In this document: positions 15,200-28,374 of the stretch, piece after piece
Position numbering within the stretch: position 1 is the stretch's first letter
Layout: each line of letters starts with the position of its first letter
Source: the human T2T-CHM13v2.0 reference genome, Homo sapiens
Assembly (NCBI RefSeq): GCF_009914755.1
Contig: NC_060937.1
Strand: one strand, 5' to 3'
DNA: 64,000 nt
Program-made: the position numbers and the translations under genes
Notes under the pieces: model-generated
What the model saw: the letters and a program-made list of their open reading frames with translations, nothing else
Told to the model about the DNA's origin: nothing
Database searches by the model: none

Positions 15200-17210
15200 A
15201 TAAACATTATGTATATTTATGTTATAAAAAAACAAATTACAAAACTTCTGAAAGAATAATAAATATATTAAATTTTATATTTTAGGATATACTGATAATC
15301 ATAGGATAACTCATGGCCTTAAGCATAAATAAAATTGTATGGAAGAATTAAAATAAAACAATAAAAGTAATTTGAAAAATAAAAACCAAACAAAAGACAC
15401 ACTTAAAGCCCAAAGTTTTACAAGCATATGCAGCAAACATTTAATAAACATGTAATCCCCCAAATACATCAATTTTTCTACAACATCAGAAGTAAGGGGG
15501 TCTTTTCTGTGTTACCAGTATGACATTGATATGGTTTGGCTCTATCAATGGTGTCTCCACCCAAATCTCACCTTGAATTGTAATAATCCCCATGTGTCAA
15601 TAGTGGAATCAAGTGGAGGTAATTGGATTTTGGGGGCAGTTTTCCCTACACTTTTCTCATGAAAATAAGTAAGTATCACGAGATCTGATGGTTTCTTAAG
15701 CATCTGACATTTCGCCTGCTTGCACTCACTCCTTCGAGCTGCCCTGTGTGAAAGGCCCCTGCTTCTCCTTTGCCTTCCATCATGATTCTAAGTTTCCTGA
15801 GGCCTCCCCAGCAATAGGTAACTATGAGTCAATTAAACATCTTTCCTTTGTAAATTACCCAGTTCTTGGTATTTCCTCATAGCAGTATGAAAATGGACTA
15901 ATACAGACATTGATACGTAAACCATTAATGATAGCACATGAATGTGAGAATTACAAATCAGTATCACAAATGCATATCAATTTAAAGATCCTAAATAAAA
16001 TATAAACTAATAGAATGAAATATACTAATTAAATGATACAATATGACAAAGTGGGAAAATGATTTATTACTGGGGACTAAGTTTATTTTAATGTTAGGAA
16101 AATCATTAAATTAATTTACCACATCAATAAACCAAAGGTGAAAATTTTATGGCTATCTGTATAATGATAACACATTAAACACTCAATATCAATTTCTGAT
16201 TAAAATTCATTAAGAAAAAAGGGATTGATGAATATTTATTTTTCATAATTACATTTTATATTTTAGTAATAAAACAAACATTTCCCAAATGTACCATGAA
16301 TCTAAATATTAAAACATGCATACCTGCAGACACTTGTATGTACAAGAAGAAAATATAGGTGAATTCATCATGCTAATTTGAATGTACAGAATGGTTTTTA
16401 ATAAGGATACCAATATAAAAGGACATAAAATAAGTGACTGATAACTTGAAATTACTTTTTACAATTTTTAGCATGGGCAAAATGCAATTAAAAAGTCAAA
16501 GGACAAATGCCAAACAAACACTTGCAACATTAATCACAAATAAGTAACCCATATCAACAGCACTCAGCATGCTTCTATAAATGTTGAGGGGAAGAAATAG
16601 AAACTTTGCAGAAAAATTAGAACACATAAAAATAATTCACAAAGTATGAAAAATTGCTTGTTAATATAGGGAATATTTTCAACTTTATTCATAATAAGAG
16701 GAATAAAAATTAAACATATCCTGAGAAATTCTTTCTCATAGTTGATCAAAAATAAAAGTGCAACAGTATGTTTATTTGGGAACCAAACACTCATATATTG
16801 CTTTAGAAATGCAAAATGTTTTAACCTTATGCATTTGAATTTGATAACATCTAATAAATCTGTAAATATTTTACCCTTAAATCCAATCATCTTCAACAGG
16901 AAAACACGTCTGCATGAGTATACTCATTGAAACTTTATTTGTAAAATAGTACAACAAAAGAGCATATAAAATGTGTGACATTTTATGTTAAAGAAAGAAG
17001 AAATAAGAAACCATTCATTTATCTGCATATTTTTATAAAAAGAAATGCAGGAAGGATAAACTAGAAACTAATTAAATTGGTTACCAACATAGATAGGTAG
17101 GAGCAGAGTCGAAAGGATTGAGGGAGAAGTACATAACTGAAAACACTTTTCTTATATATAATTTTATTTTGGGGATCATATAAATTTCTTACTACTCAAT
17201 AAAGTAACAA
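15200..17210 (+). mobile_element. fragmented old L1M (ORF2 remnants and 3' end), interrupted by THE1 LTR
   Basis: ccagtatgacattgatacgtaaacc, atatgacaaagtggg, taatttaccacatcaataa, aaagtcaaaggacaaatg, aaatgcaggaaggataaactagaaact. Confidence 0.55.
15527..15905 (+). mobile_element. THE1 solo LTR
   Basis: tgatatggtttggc...ggactaataca; TSD GACAT at 15522-15526 and 15906-15910. Confidence 0.95.
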
Positions 17211-18335
17211 AATATAAAATACAGAGCAAATACAGTTATAAAATGGACAGATGCTGTATTTAAAAATTATTTTTGCTCTGGTGTGTAATCTCCAAGCCAA
17301 ATTTATCATTACAAAATGCTTAGTTTTATTTCAAGATTCAGTATTTTTATTGTATAATTCTTCATTTTCAAAATTGTCTAAATCCTGAGGTACAGACTAT
17401 ATTTATAATATGCAGTCTATAGTGGCTCAATTTAAGATATCTGGAAGTGTTTTACTTACTAGTCTCATTATTAAAGACTACTCCTATCATGTTGACTAAA
17501 AGTAACATTGGTCATTTTTCACTGAAACTCTCCTTTCAAGCACACAAACACGCCACAGTATAACAAAATATGTTTCACAGCTCTATTAAAAGCATTCTGT
17601 AAAATAAGTTGCTTATCAATTTTAGGGCATTGACTTTTGAAAATTTTGATGTTTAACTTTTGATTCTAAAAATATGCACAAAAATTTACTATGATATTAT
17701 TTTCCCCTTGCCTATCTGCATAAATGTGCATGGTTCTTATTTTTTCCTTTGAATGGATAGAAGAAGCATAAATTCTATCATATTTACAAACCTCAAGACA
17801 GTATTAAACATGATAAACAATATTGCTGCATTTGAAAATGGCCTTGTTGAGGCCAAAAAGGAGGTAGATATAATTAAGAGCTTCTTTCTTGGTCACTGCT
17901 TAATATAAAGCTTTATTTTTCCAACTCTGTGTTTAATATGGGGATAGAAATAAAGTGAGATAAACTAATATTAATGAAGCCCTTAAGTAAATAATGGAGG
18001 TGAAAAGTTCGACAAGCAATAAGAAACCTGATATTGAGGAAAAAGGAATATATGAAAATGCATGTTCATCTACATGTTATCTTGGATAGATGGAGTCTAT
18101 CATTCATAATACTGAGAGCTCTAGTTCAGGTTTCACATGAATTTTACCTTCAATGATAGCAAAAAAACTCTGTTCCATAATCTTGAATATTTTGAAGTAC
18201 GTACATACACATAGACACACATTTTAAAGTCAGATAGGCAAACAATTCTGTGACAATCAATTAATATTTATGTTAGTATCTCTTAAGCTCAACATTCTGC
18301 TCTCATAGTTGAATGCAGTGGGGTATCAATGATAT

Positions 18336-18436
18336 GAAATATCATCTCTTTTCCTGGTAATAAATGGATGTCATATTAATAAGTTCATTTGTATTAAAAC
18401 TGTATGTATGAAAAAAAAGAAATATCATCTCTTTTC
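18336..18436 (+). pseudogene. orphan 57-nt polyadenylated retro-insertion with 18-bp TSD
   Basis: gaaatatcatctcttttc at 18336-18353 and 18419-18436; insert 18354-18410 with ATTAAA (18393-18398) then A8. Confidence 0.8.
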
Positions 18437-18729
18437 AATCTCAACAATGTAGGAGATAGCATGAGTAAAACATCAAGCCACCAGAGCTAAGGAGAATATT
18501 TTAGCAGTGTAACTTAGGAAATGCTCAGCAGAAGTCTATTTTCAGCTCAGCTGAAATGATCTGGAAATGATTCTTCCTGCCAAGAGGATAACATGAAATG
18601 TATATAGCAAACTTATCCCTATTCCTTGCTTACCAGCTTTAGTTTGTGTAAATTGTCTCTGAAAAACCTTCCACTCAGTGAAAGAGATTTTTAGGTAAAT
18701 TAGTATCAATGCAACAATTTTAATTTTTG

Positions 18730-18900
18730 TTAGTATACTTTCATAATTACAGAGACGTTGTAAAGCAGTATAGAGAACTCCTGTATACCCTTTACTTATA
18801 TTAACATGTTGCTCATTTGTCTATATATCTCTCTTTCCAAGCACAGACCCATTTATTTTTGAATAATGTAATAGGAATCTGCAGATATTATGTCCCATAA
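18730..18900 (-). mobile_element. old L1MC/ME 3' end fragment
   Basis: actttcataattacagagacgttgtaaagcagtatagagaactcctgtataccctttac. Confidence 0.6.
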
Positions 18901-19399
18901 TCAATATAAACTTCATTGTATTTTATGCTAATGTCTAATGCAATCACAGGCCTAGTCTTCTATAATCCTCAATTTGAGAAGGGATATGAGTATAAATATC
19001 TGGAAGCACATTTCATGTTCAAAATAATAGTCAATTGCATGAATAAACAATACTTTTACCTAAAGGCTGTTCTGTTTGAAAGGTAACAGTTACACACAGT
19101 AGCTTTTCTTTCTCTTCAGCATTTGTTTCATGTGCCCCAAAACTTACTGGTTCTGTAAACTAAAATAGCTTTGAGAACTTTACAAGATTATAGATAACTC
19201 TCAATTCTGGTTCCGTGATAAAACTGAAAGTGAAACCTGTTGAATTCATATCTGTGGTGCACTCAATTTGTTTTTGTTGTTTTTTGACTCAGTATTACAT
19301 TTGCAGGTCTGATGAAGCAATTAACTACTCAGGCACCCAGACAGCATTTTTTCCCACCTAATTAGGGATTTTTTTTTCATATCATAATAAATTTCTATT

Positions 19400-19780
19400 T
19401 TAATTCGTTCATAAAATTATGACCATTAGTATTTTGATGCTCAAAATGTCCAGTATTTGCCCCATGGGAATTCTTTAACCTGCCTTTTTGTGACTTTGAT
19501 CATGGCCTGATCATTTTTTGAGCTCTTCCTTATTTTCTGGCACAAAACATATTCCAGTCTCATCTTGTATTTGCTCTCTCTCAGAACTGGAACCTGTATT
19601 TTTTTCAAGGTGTCCTATTTTATGGACAATCATGGAGAATGATTTTTGGAAACAGAGATCTTGGCCTCAATATGTTTATTGCTCTTTTAATGTTGCTGCA
19701 CTCATGCTCTTACAGTGAACAGAGCAAACTTCACACACACACCTGTACATTACTATATATGTGTCTCCTATCTATCTATC

Positions 19781-19825
<45 letters not shown>

Positions 19826-20260
19826 ATCTATCTATATCTATCTATCTATCATCTATCTATCATCTGTCATCTACCTATCTCCATTGTCTATCAAAATCAA
19901 TGATCACATCGATTTCTTGAATTCTGTATTTGTAATTCCCTTTTCAGGAAAAGAGAAGCCACTCTCCCATTATTCTCAACATGTTTATTCATTTAAGCTT
20001 TTCTCCAGTGTGTAACCCAGTGCTGGCACAGCTTGGAAATGTGTACAGATATCTCCTTGCTCAAACTGGTGTACACTAACAACCCTCTTCTAAACTTGTA
20101 CCCCCAACCTATCATATGGACTCACCCAATTCAGCTCTAGCCCCATGCCAGTTTGCATTCCTATATTAATTCACTTCTCACCTCAACACTTTACAACTCA
20201 TCACTGCCAACCATACAGGCATGAAAGTACTCCTATCCCCATTGGACTCTGTCACTCCTA
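19400..20260 (-). mobile_element. L1MC4/5-like 3' UTR fragment
   Basis: attttgatgctcaaaatgtcc...ttttttgagctcttccttattttctggcacaaaacatattccagtctcatcttgta. Confidence 0.7.
19768..19880. repeat. compound (TCTA)n/(GATA)n tetranucleotide microsatellite
   Basis: runs of ctat/atct interrupted by atc, atat, gtc, acct. Confidence 0.95.
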
Positions 20261-20286
20261 CTGATTAAATAATTATTAAACCATGA

Positions 20287-20580
20287 GGCCTGGCACAGTG
20301 GCTCACACCTATTGAGAAACCAAGGTGTGAGCATCACTTGAGACCAGGAGTTTGAGACCAGCCTGGGCAACATAGCGAGATCCTATTTCTTCAAAAAATA
20401 TAAAACAGCTGGTATACTTGGCACATGCCTGTAGTCCTAGCTACTCAGGAGGCTGAAGCAGGAGAATCACTTGAGCCCAGAGGTTCCAGGCTGCAGTGAG
20501 CTGATCATACCTCTCTCTACAGTCTGGTTTGGGAAATGTGACGAGACCCTGTCTCAAAAATTAAATTAAATTAAATTAAA
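20287..20580 (+). mobile_element. AluJ (diverged, small deletion near 5' end)
   Basis: tcacttgagaccaggagtttgagaccagcctgggcaacatagcgag; ggctgcagtgagctgat; (TTAAA)n tail. Confidence 0.92.
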
Positions 20581-20669
20581 ACGTGCTTTAATTTCAGAAA
20601 GTACATTCTCTCCCACAATCTAAAATGAATTAGTGTCTTAGTTATATACTCTTCATAATTAAGATACTC

Positions 20670-20960
20670 TTTTTAAAATTTTTTAAAATTTGTAGTTTTT
20701 GTGGGTATATAGTACGTGTATATATTTATGGGGTACATGAGATATTTTGATACAGGCACAAAATGTGAAGTAAGCATATCATGGGGAATGGAGTATTATC
20801 CTCTCAAGCATTTATCTTTTGAGTTACAAAATAATCCAATTACACTCTTCAAGTTATTTTAAAATGTACAATTAAGTTATTGACTCTGGTCACCCAATTG
20901 TGCTATCAAATATTAGATCTTAAACATTCTTTTTTTTTTTTTGTACGGTTAACCATCATC
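20670..20960 (-). mobile_element. L1MA1/2-like 3' end
   Basis: ttttgtgggtatatagtacgtgtatatatttatggggtacatgagatattttgatacagg. Confidence 0.88.
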
Positions 20961-21043
20961 ATTTACCTAATTCTTATTTTCTTAAACACTTTTAAAAATT
21001 AAGAGCTTAAAAACGATAAAGCATTAATTTAAAAAACTCATTA

Positions 21044-21375
21044 GCGGTGGGTGTGGTTGCTCACACCTGTAATCCCATCACTTTGGGAAGCTGAGGAAGG
21101 AGGATCACTTGAGCCCAGGGTTCAAGAGCAGCCTGGGCAACATGGCAAAACTCCATCTCTACAAAAAATACAAAAATTATCTGGGCATGATGGCACACAC
21201 CTGTAGTTCCAGCTACTCAGGAGGCTGAGGTGGGAGGATCGCTTGAGCCCTGGCAGTTGAAGCTGCAGGTAGCCATGTTGTGCCACTGCACTCCAGCCTG
21301 AGTGACAGAGCTAGACCCTGTATCAAAAAACAAAACAAAAACAAAAAACACTAAAAAAAAAAACCCAGCACACAC
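21044..21375 (+). mobile_element. AluJ
   Basis: ggaggatcacttgagcccagg, ggaggatcgcttgagccc; probable TSD aaaa(ag)(t)ctcatta on both sides. Confidence 0.93.
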
Positions 21376-21716
21376 AAAAAGTCTCATTAATATTCTGAGA
21401 CTGCAGTAGTCACAAATCGTTTAATACAAATGAGTATACTTTTATTATTATTATTACTTTGGTATACAGACCTCAGTTGCTTAGAATTGACATTATTACA
21501 ATCTTTTGCTTATGCCATAATCTCATTCAAATCTGTGCATGGTCGTTTTGTACTTATGTATTCACATTGTTTATCTAGTTTTCAGTAATTAGTAAGTACC
21601 AGTAAACTCGCTGGGGAATTGAACTGATATGCTCCTGTGCACCATTATCAGTTGGCATCTATCTCACTTGAGAAACTGTACTGAACCCTGCAATCCTGGT
21701 TATATAGTTGTCATGT

Positions 21717-22442
21717 TTTTTTTTTAATTGACAGATAAAATTGTCTGTATTTACTGCATAAAACATGATGTTTTGAAGTATACATACATTGTGAAATGAC
21801 TAAATCTAGATAGTTAACATATGTATTACCTCACATAGTTTCTTATTTTGTTGTGGCAAGACACTTTCACTCTTAGCATTTTTCAAGAATGCAATGTACT
21901 AACTGTAGTCACCATGTTGTTCAACAGATCTCTTGAGCTTATCTCCACTATTTTGTATCCTTTGGGATACAATAATTCTGTATCCTTTGACCAACTCTCC
22001 TCATCCCCTACCACTCTATCCCTTGGTAATCACCATTCTAGTCTCTATTTCTATGAGATCTTTCCATGTATGAGTGGGATCTTTCTCTGCCTAGCTTACT
22101 TCACTTAAATAATGTCCTCCAGGTTCATCCATGTTGTTGCAAATGACTTGATTTCCTTCCTTTTCACAGCGGAATAGTATTCCATTTTGTAGGTATACCA
22201 TATTTTCTTTATTCATTAATTTTTAATGGACACACATTTCTTCATGTGTTAGTTATTGTGAATAGTGCTGTAATAAACATGGGAGTGGAAATCTTTTTGA
22301 AGTATAGATTTTTTTTTTAATGTATTGCCAGTAGTTGGATTGATGAATCAAATGGTAATTTAATTTTTAATTTTTTTTTTTGAGGAAAATTTCTATTATT
22401 TTCTATACTGGCCATTTGACTTTACATTTCCACCAACAGTGT
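21717..22442 (-). mobile_element. L1MA8-like 3' end
   Basis: ttaattgacagataaaattg...atgatgttttgaagtatacatacattgtgaaatgactaaatctag...ttccaccaacagtg. Confidence 0.85.
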
Positions 22443-23792
22443 TATATAGTTTTAATGCATCTGCATATTTACTAAAATGTACATATGCATATGAACACAT
22501 AAAAACACACATCTTTTTTTAACCTTGGAAACTGGATATCACTTTCCATGTCCATTTTTGGGAGTCTTAATTAATTTACTTAGTACTATTAAATATCTGT
22601 GATTCATCCCTATTGTACTTTGTCTTAATTTAATCATTTAACAGCAATATAATATTGTTTTGTTCATTAATTTATTTTCCTGCCAAGGAAAATTGTGTTT
22701 ATTTTCTGAAATGTGTTACTGTGAAAAGCATTGCCGTGAAAATTCTTGGAAATGTATCATAGAGTACATATGACAAAATTTTTCTTTGTTATATACTGGG
22801 GGATAGAACTGCTGAGTTGTAGAGTACACAGTATTGACAACCTTCAGAAATAGAATCCACTTAAAATCCCACCAGTAATGTAGCATCTGGAGTCACATAC
22901 TAACAAATGGCTCTGTCAGATTTTGTTATTTGTATAATTAAATAAATGAATTTTTTGAAATTATTTTATTCATAATTTGAATTTCACAATTATTAGTATT
23001 TTTTCCCGGGCTTTGATTTATGACAGGAGAATTATTATTTTTTTTACTAAAAGAGCTGAGGTTTTGGACAAGTTTGATAGTCTATGATTTTAGTACTGAG
23101 ACAAAAATTTTGGTGAGTCTTTCTTTATAATTTTACTCATATTCATCATGGCAGGCAGGCAAGCCCCCTTTTTAAACACTTCAATTTTAGAATCTTAATT
23201 ATTTCCCAAAAATAATTACTGTATTAAGTGCTGTATCTTATATACAGTCTATTGTTATTTTAACTTTCAGCTCTACCTTAGGAGTCTTCTCAAATTACAG
23301 TAGATATAAACCTGGTATAAAATGGCTTATTCTGCATATGGCCTGATGTGGTTCAATTTAATCTAAATATTTTATGGTCAATTATAGCTTCTCAAATAAC
23401 TTTTAATTCTTATTGACCAGCATTATTGACATCTTACCATGATCAATAAATCTATGTATTATCTTTATCCATTTTATAATTCTTATAATATTACACTGGG
23501 TTTATAACATGGACAATGGTTTTATAAGTCTATCCAATTTAATACTAAATAAACTAGTTATAAAATAGACACACAAATCAATGGAAGGGTATAAATCCGG
23601 AAAATAAATTCATTAATATTATGACAAGGTCATGAGTGTTATTTAGCTCCTTAGCCTGTACTCACAGTGTATGCTTCTTAATTTGATAATTTATGTCACA
23701 AAATATTTATAAATGGTTGTCTTTACATTACTATTTTAATATTAAACTTATATAAATGTATTAAAATATAACTTCAACATATAATTTACTGT

Positions 23793-23832
23793 AAATTTAA
23801 AGTGAGTCTAACTGTAGGCTCACTTTAAATTT
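23793..23832. repeat. 18-bp inverted repeat with 4-nt loop (hairpin/cruciform)
   Basis: aaatttaaagtgagtcta-actg-taggctcactttaaattt, one mismatch. Confidence 0.9.
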
Positions 23833-24199
23833 CTATCTCCCAAGAATTTTACTTTCTAAAATTATGATACAAAAAGATTGCTTATAACAATAAACATTTA
23901 ATTTAATAACAATAATATATGAGAAATTAGATTTAAAATAGTATCTTCTAGGAGGCAATTCTTCAAAACATCTAATATTCATAGACAGTAGGTCACAGTG
24001 TTTGTGACATGCATAATAGTTTGTTGAGTTTGTTTTTGTGAGATTTCATATTTGGCTCGTTCTGTAAATTATGTTGTTCTAACATGTGATACAACATTTC
24101 AAAACAAGCTGGAGTTCTTCTGCCTTTTCCTCTTCTCTTGTTCCTCTTCTCTTCTCTCCTCTGCCTCTCACTCCTTCTCTTCCTGAATATTTTAGTTCA

Positions 24200-26100
24200 A
24201 AGGCTACTAGGTGGGACTGAGCAGAGCAGGTGCTTATGTGTGTGAGTGTGTTGATGGTAAGCCATGGTACTGCAACACCTGGAGTCAGACTCTGAGTAAG
24301 GTGAGGACAGTGTTCAAAGAAAAAGGACATCCTCACAAGGGCTTTTGGTCACAAAACAATATTACCCAGAAAATCCATACTGGGCAGAGGAGTTGGTAGA
24401 AATGGCAGTGGCTGCTCAGCCCACGGTATTGGAATTAGAGTTGTGGTAGAATGATATCCATATGAGGAAGCTGCAGTCTACCCTGGGATATCATTGAATA
24501 AGTGGAGTAAGGAGATTATCATTGGTGGGCTAGTAGCTTATAGTAGGGAGTCATAGCACATGTCAAGGTGATAAGGCATCACATTAATGGGGAGGAGTTC
24601 ATTATTGGGTTTTGGAGCCCAAGAAGTATGAGGACATGCAAATGTGGAGAAAAATGGGGAAAATTAAAGTAAACCCTGTAGTGTTGGATTCAAGTTGGAG
24701 ACAACAGTATGATCTCAGAGATTTCAATATATCTATATAAAATTAATATAAATATGAACATGTACATACAGATATGTGTGCATATATATCTCTACCTCCA
24801 TGTACTACAATATTTCTATGTACAGTGTCATACCAATAGCAATGAGTACATGTAGAACCAAGATATTTGTTTCTTTTCTCTACTATCCACTGAAATGATC
24901 TAGGGGTCCTTGGAGATTTCTAGATTGATTCTAGAAGTACAAAATGAGATTGGAGAATTTTCTGTGACAGAAAATTTTTAAAAATGCTCAAAGAACAGTG
25001 GGTGCATGTCAAAAGACATAGAAATCAACTTAAAGGGATATTCACTGTGGAATTTGAGCATTTAATAATAATAGTAATGGATTATGACCCATTAAATCAT
25101 ATAGAAATTCATGAGTCTATACTAATATAAATTAATGAGTGAATACATAGAAAATATGATGAGATATTTAATAATATCTCCATCCAAATACTTATTTAGA
25201 ACAAAAAGAAACGAGGGAGAAAGAATAACTTCAGAATGAATAATCTTAGCATGTGTCATCTTAATCAAGGGCTCAGAATCAATAAACAACGAAATCAATT
25301 AAACGCTGTGGCCCTGATAGACTGGAAAGGAGGAATACAGTATCACTTCTTTGTGACTCCTGTGAAAGATGCTTAATCTAAATCTAATTATGATGAAATA
25401 CCTGAAGATCTCAAATTGAAGGGGATTATACAAAATTACTGGCTTTTAATATTCTCAGATATCAAACTTACAGTTATAAGTTCTGAAGATCTACTGTGCA
25501 TAATGGTAACTATAGTTAATAACAATATATTGCATGCTTGAAATTTTCTAAGTAGATGTTAAATATTTTCACCACAAAAAAGTAACAATGTGAGTTAATG
25601 CATATGTTATTTATCTCAATTGTGTTATTTACTCACAACGTATGTGAATATTAAGACATCAGGCTGCATACTTTTAAAAAACTTTGTCAATTATATACAA
25701 TTTTTATTTGTGAGGTATACCTTAATAAAATTGACCAAATAAATTACAAAAATAATATTACCATGTATCAAGATCATCAAAAGCAATGAAAGACTAAAGT
25801 CCTTTTCCAGGTCAAATAAAACTAAAATGACATAAATAAATGCATATGTTTCATTTTAAACTATATCCTTATCTTTCAATGAATATTATTAATACTGGAA
25901 TAATTCAAGAAATTTAAATGTGTCTTTGGAGTAGATGGTGATAATACATAAATATAAAATCTCGATCTTTATGTTTTACTTTGGTTTTATGGAACATGAT
26001 TGTTAATAAGAAACATACACAACGACTTTCACTTGCATGATTGGGCATCATGTCAGTAAGTTACTCTTAAATAATTCAGAAAAAATAAAGTTACATGTGA
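24200..26100 (+). mobile_element. L1MC3/4-like long 3' UTR, interrupted at ~25465-25745 by an L1MA9/L1MB-type 3' end
   Basis: ccaatagcaatgagtacatgtagaaccaagat, aatgctcaaagaa...catgtcaaaagacatagaa, gtaatggattatgacccatt; insert ataagttctgaagatcta...atggtaactatagttaataacaata. Confidence 0.7.
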
Positions 26101-26859
26101 TTTAGGAACTTAAAGAAAAAACATAAAATCATTTGTAATCTACTTGCCATTTTAATAACTTTTAGGTTGTTAAAAAATGAAAAAAGATTCATATTTATGC
26201 ACAAATTGGCTAATATGTATAAGAATTATGACACAGAAATTTATTTATTTATTTATTTATTTTGCTATAGCAAGACAGGAGAAATTGTCCCTCCAGATTC
26301 ACTTTACAATATAGTCATGGAAAAACTTTCTTCCAAAACACATGTAAGTGTTTAATTATTGCTTTTTATTGTTATTATTTAATACTTGGTTATACAGAAC
26401 ATAATTCATAACATATTCAAGTTATGGTGGGTATGCCTTCTTATCTTCTAATGTTTACAAAAATTAAAGAATCTTGTAGTGTTAATTCAGACTAGACAAA
26501 AACCGTTATTTCAGATTTTAGTCATAACCATGGTATGGCATCAGTGCATTTAATGTCTTGTTAAAATAAAATCAATAAAGGAAAGCATTTTGAAAATTAG
26601 ACTCTTAATATTTACTTTTTACTTACAGAGAAAGCTTCTGTTATCACTTTAAAGTGAAAACATGAAGGTTAGCAACATATTTTCCATGACCAATAGGCCA
26701 TAATTCATTAAAACAATCTATCAATAGTTGGTGTAGATTATTAGCAGTATTAATACTACATCATCATTTATCTTGCCTGTACGTTAATTTCAGAAAAAAT
26801 CATATTTCTAATTTCCCACTCCTCATTAGCAGTAGAAGCAGAACTAATGATAACAATAA

Positions 26860-27060
26860 TAATTTTACTTAGTGATGCAATTTCATGATATAGAGTATGT
26901 TCTCATTCATTCTCTCGAATAATCACAACTATCCTACCTGAATCATTCTTATATTCATTTCATATATAAATATATTAATTATCGAAATGTGTGGAAAATG
27001 TTATCCAAGGTCTGGCAGCAAAGTTGAGAACCTTGCACTAGACATCTACTTGGACTGTCC
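26860..27060 (-). mobile_element. MIR remnant
   Basis: tattcatttcatatataaa...ttatccaaggtctggcagc weak MIR core match. Confidence 0.35.
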
Positions 27061-27299
27061 TTCAAAAACCATGAATGACTTGAAATTATTACATTGTTTT
27101 ATTGCTCCCATCTAGCATAGTATTTCTCCCCATGCAACATTGCAAAAAAATGTTTTCATGTCGACGTACTCTTAGGGGCCATTTCTAGTAGTCAATTGGT
27201 TATTTGTGCTCTTCCGTTTTGAACTTCTATTGAATTATGGGAGTTGCTCATAAAAATCTTCAGAGAATCTGCCTTAATTGTTCAGCCACCTCTATATGT

Positions 27300-27550
27300 T
27301 TTTATTTTTTATTTTGTTTTTCTTTTTAAAAATTTGAGTAAATTTAAGAGGTAGTAATACAGTTTTCTTAGGTGACTATATTGTGTAGTGGTGAAGTCTA
27401 GGCTTTTATTGTATCCATCAGCCGATTAATGTACATTGTATCCAGTAAGTAATTTCTCATCAGCCACCTCCTCTTACCCACTCCACCCTTCCAAGTCTCC
27501 AACGCCTATGATTCCACACTCTATGTCTGTATGTACACATTATTTACCTA
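27300..27550 (-). mobile_element. L1PB4-like 3' end
   Basis: atattgtgtagtggtgaagtctaggcttttattgtatccatc...gattccacactctatgtc. Confidence 0.85.
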
Positions 27551-27674
27551 TTGAATGAAAAATGATTATAATTGTTCATTTCACTTTCTATATATTTATA
27601 TCCTAAAACAATCTTGCCACTTTTCACTAAAGGTAAAGAAGTAGAATATGACATAAAAATTGCAAATAGGTATC

Positions 27675-28033
27675 TGCTATTGTCTGAATGTTTGTGTCTC
27701 TCCAAAATTCCTATGTCGGAACTGAATTCCCAATGCAATAGTATTGAGGTAGGGCATGCAGGAGGTTATTAGGTTATGAGAGTGGAGCCCTTATGATGGA
27801 AATAAATACCTTTATAGAAGAGACCCAGAGCTGCTTGATTCCTGTTTCTGCTGTGTGAGGACACAACAAGAAAACACCATCTATGTATGAAGTATGAGCT
27901 CTCACCAGACACAAAATCTGCTGGTGCCTTGATTGTAGACTTAAGCTCCAGGACTGTGAAAAATAAATTTCTGTTGTTTATCAGACACTCTGTTTGTGGT
28001 GTTTTGTCATAACAGCCTAAATGACCTAAGATA
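27675..28033 (+). mobile_element. MLT1A0-like MaLR solo LTR
   Basis: tgctattgtctgaatgtttgtgtc...ctcaccagacacaaaatctgctggtgccttgat...aataaatttctgttgttta...gacctaagata. Confidence 0.9.
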
Positions 28034-28266
28034 ACATGATTCTAAAATATATTTCATGACAGGAAATATTTCAGAGGAACATTATAATGTGTTCTGAGCT
28101 GCGGGCATTCATTATACTATAACAACAACCAGGAGGAATTTTAGTGTGTCCTCTAGTAGTTTGTTCAATATACATCTTCATTCTGAGCTCCACATGTAGT
28201 CAAAAATAAAACCATAGCTACAGAATATGTTTTCCATCTCTGGATTTAGCTCAAATGCTTAAGATT

Positions 28267-28374
28267 TATTTATTTTTTATTATTTTCATTTTTTTTTTGA
28301 GCAGCAGCAAGACATCGTGAAGAGGGAAAGAACAAAGCTTCCACAGTGTGGAAGGGGACCTGAGCGGGTTGCCG
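28267..28374 (-). mobile_element. polyadenylated retrocopy of LTR12 (ERV9) R region
   Basis: minus strand cggcaacccgctcaggtccccttccacactgtggaagctttgttctttc...cttgctgctgctc then poly-A; AAGATT duplicated at 28261-28266 and 28375-28380. Confidence 0.85.

Noticed and set aside
19639-20015. ORFs with LSIYLSIY repeats
   Set aside because: Translation of the TCTA microsatellite.
21623-21654. Short hairpin aactgata...tatcagtt
   Set aside because: 8-bp arms are expected by chance in AT-rich DNA; no tRNA/snoRNA features.
24211-24399. ORF with EGF-like GAYVCECVDG motif
   Set aside because: Cysteines come from a gtgtgtgagtgtgt run inside an L1MC 3' UTR-like region; no full EGF spacing or splice context.
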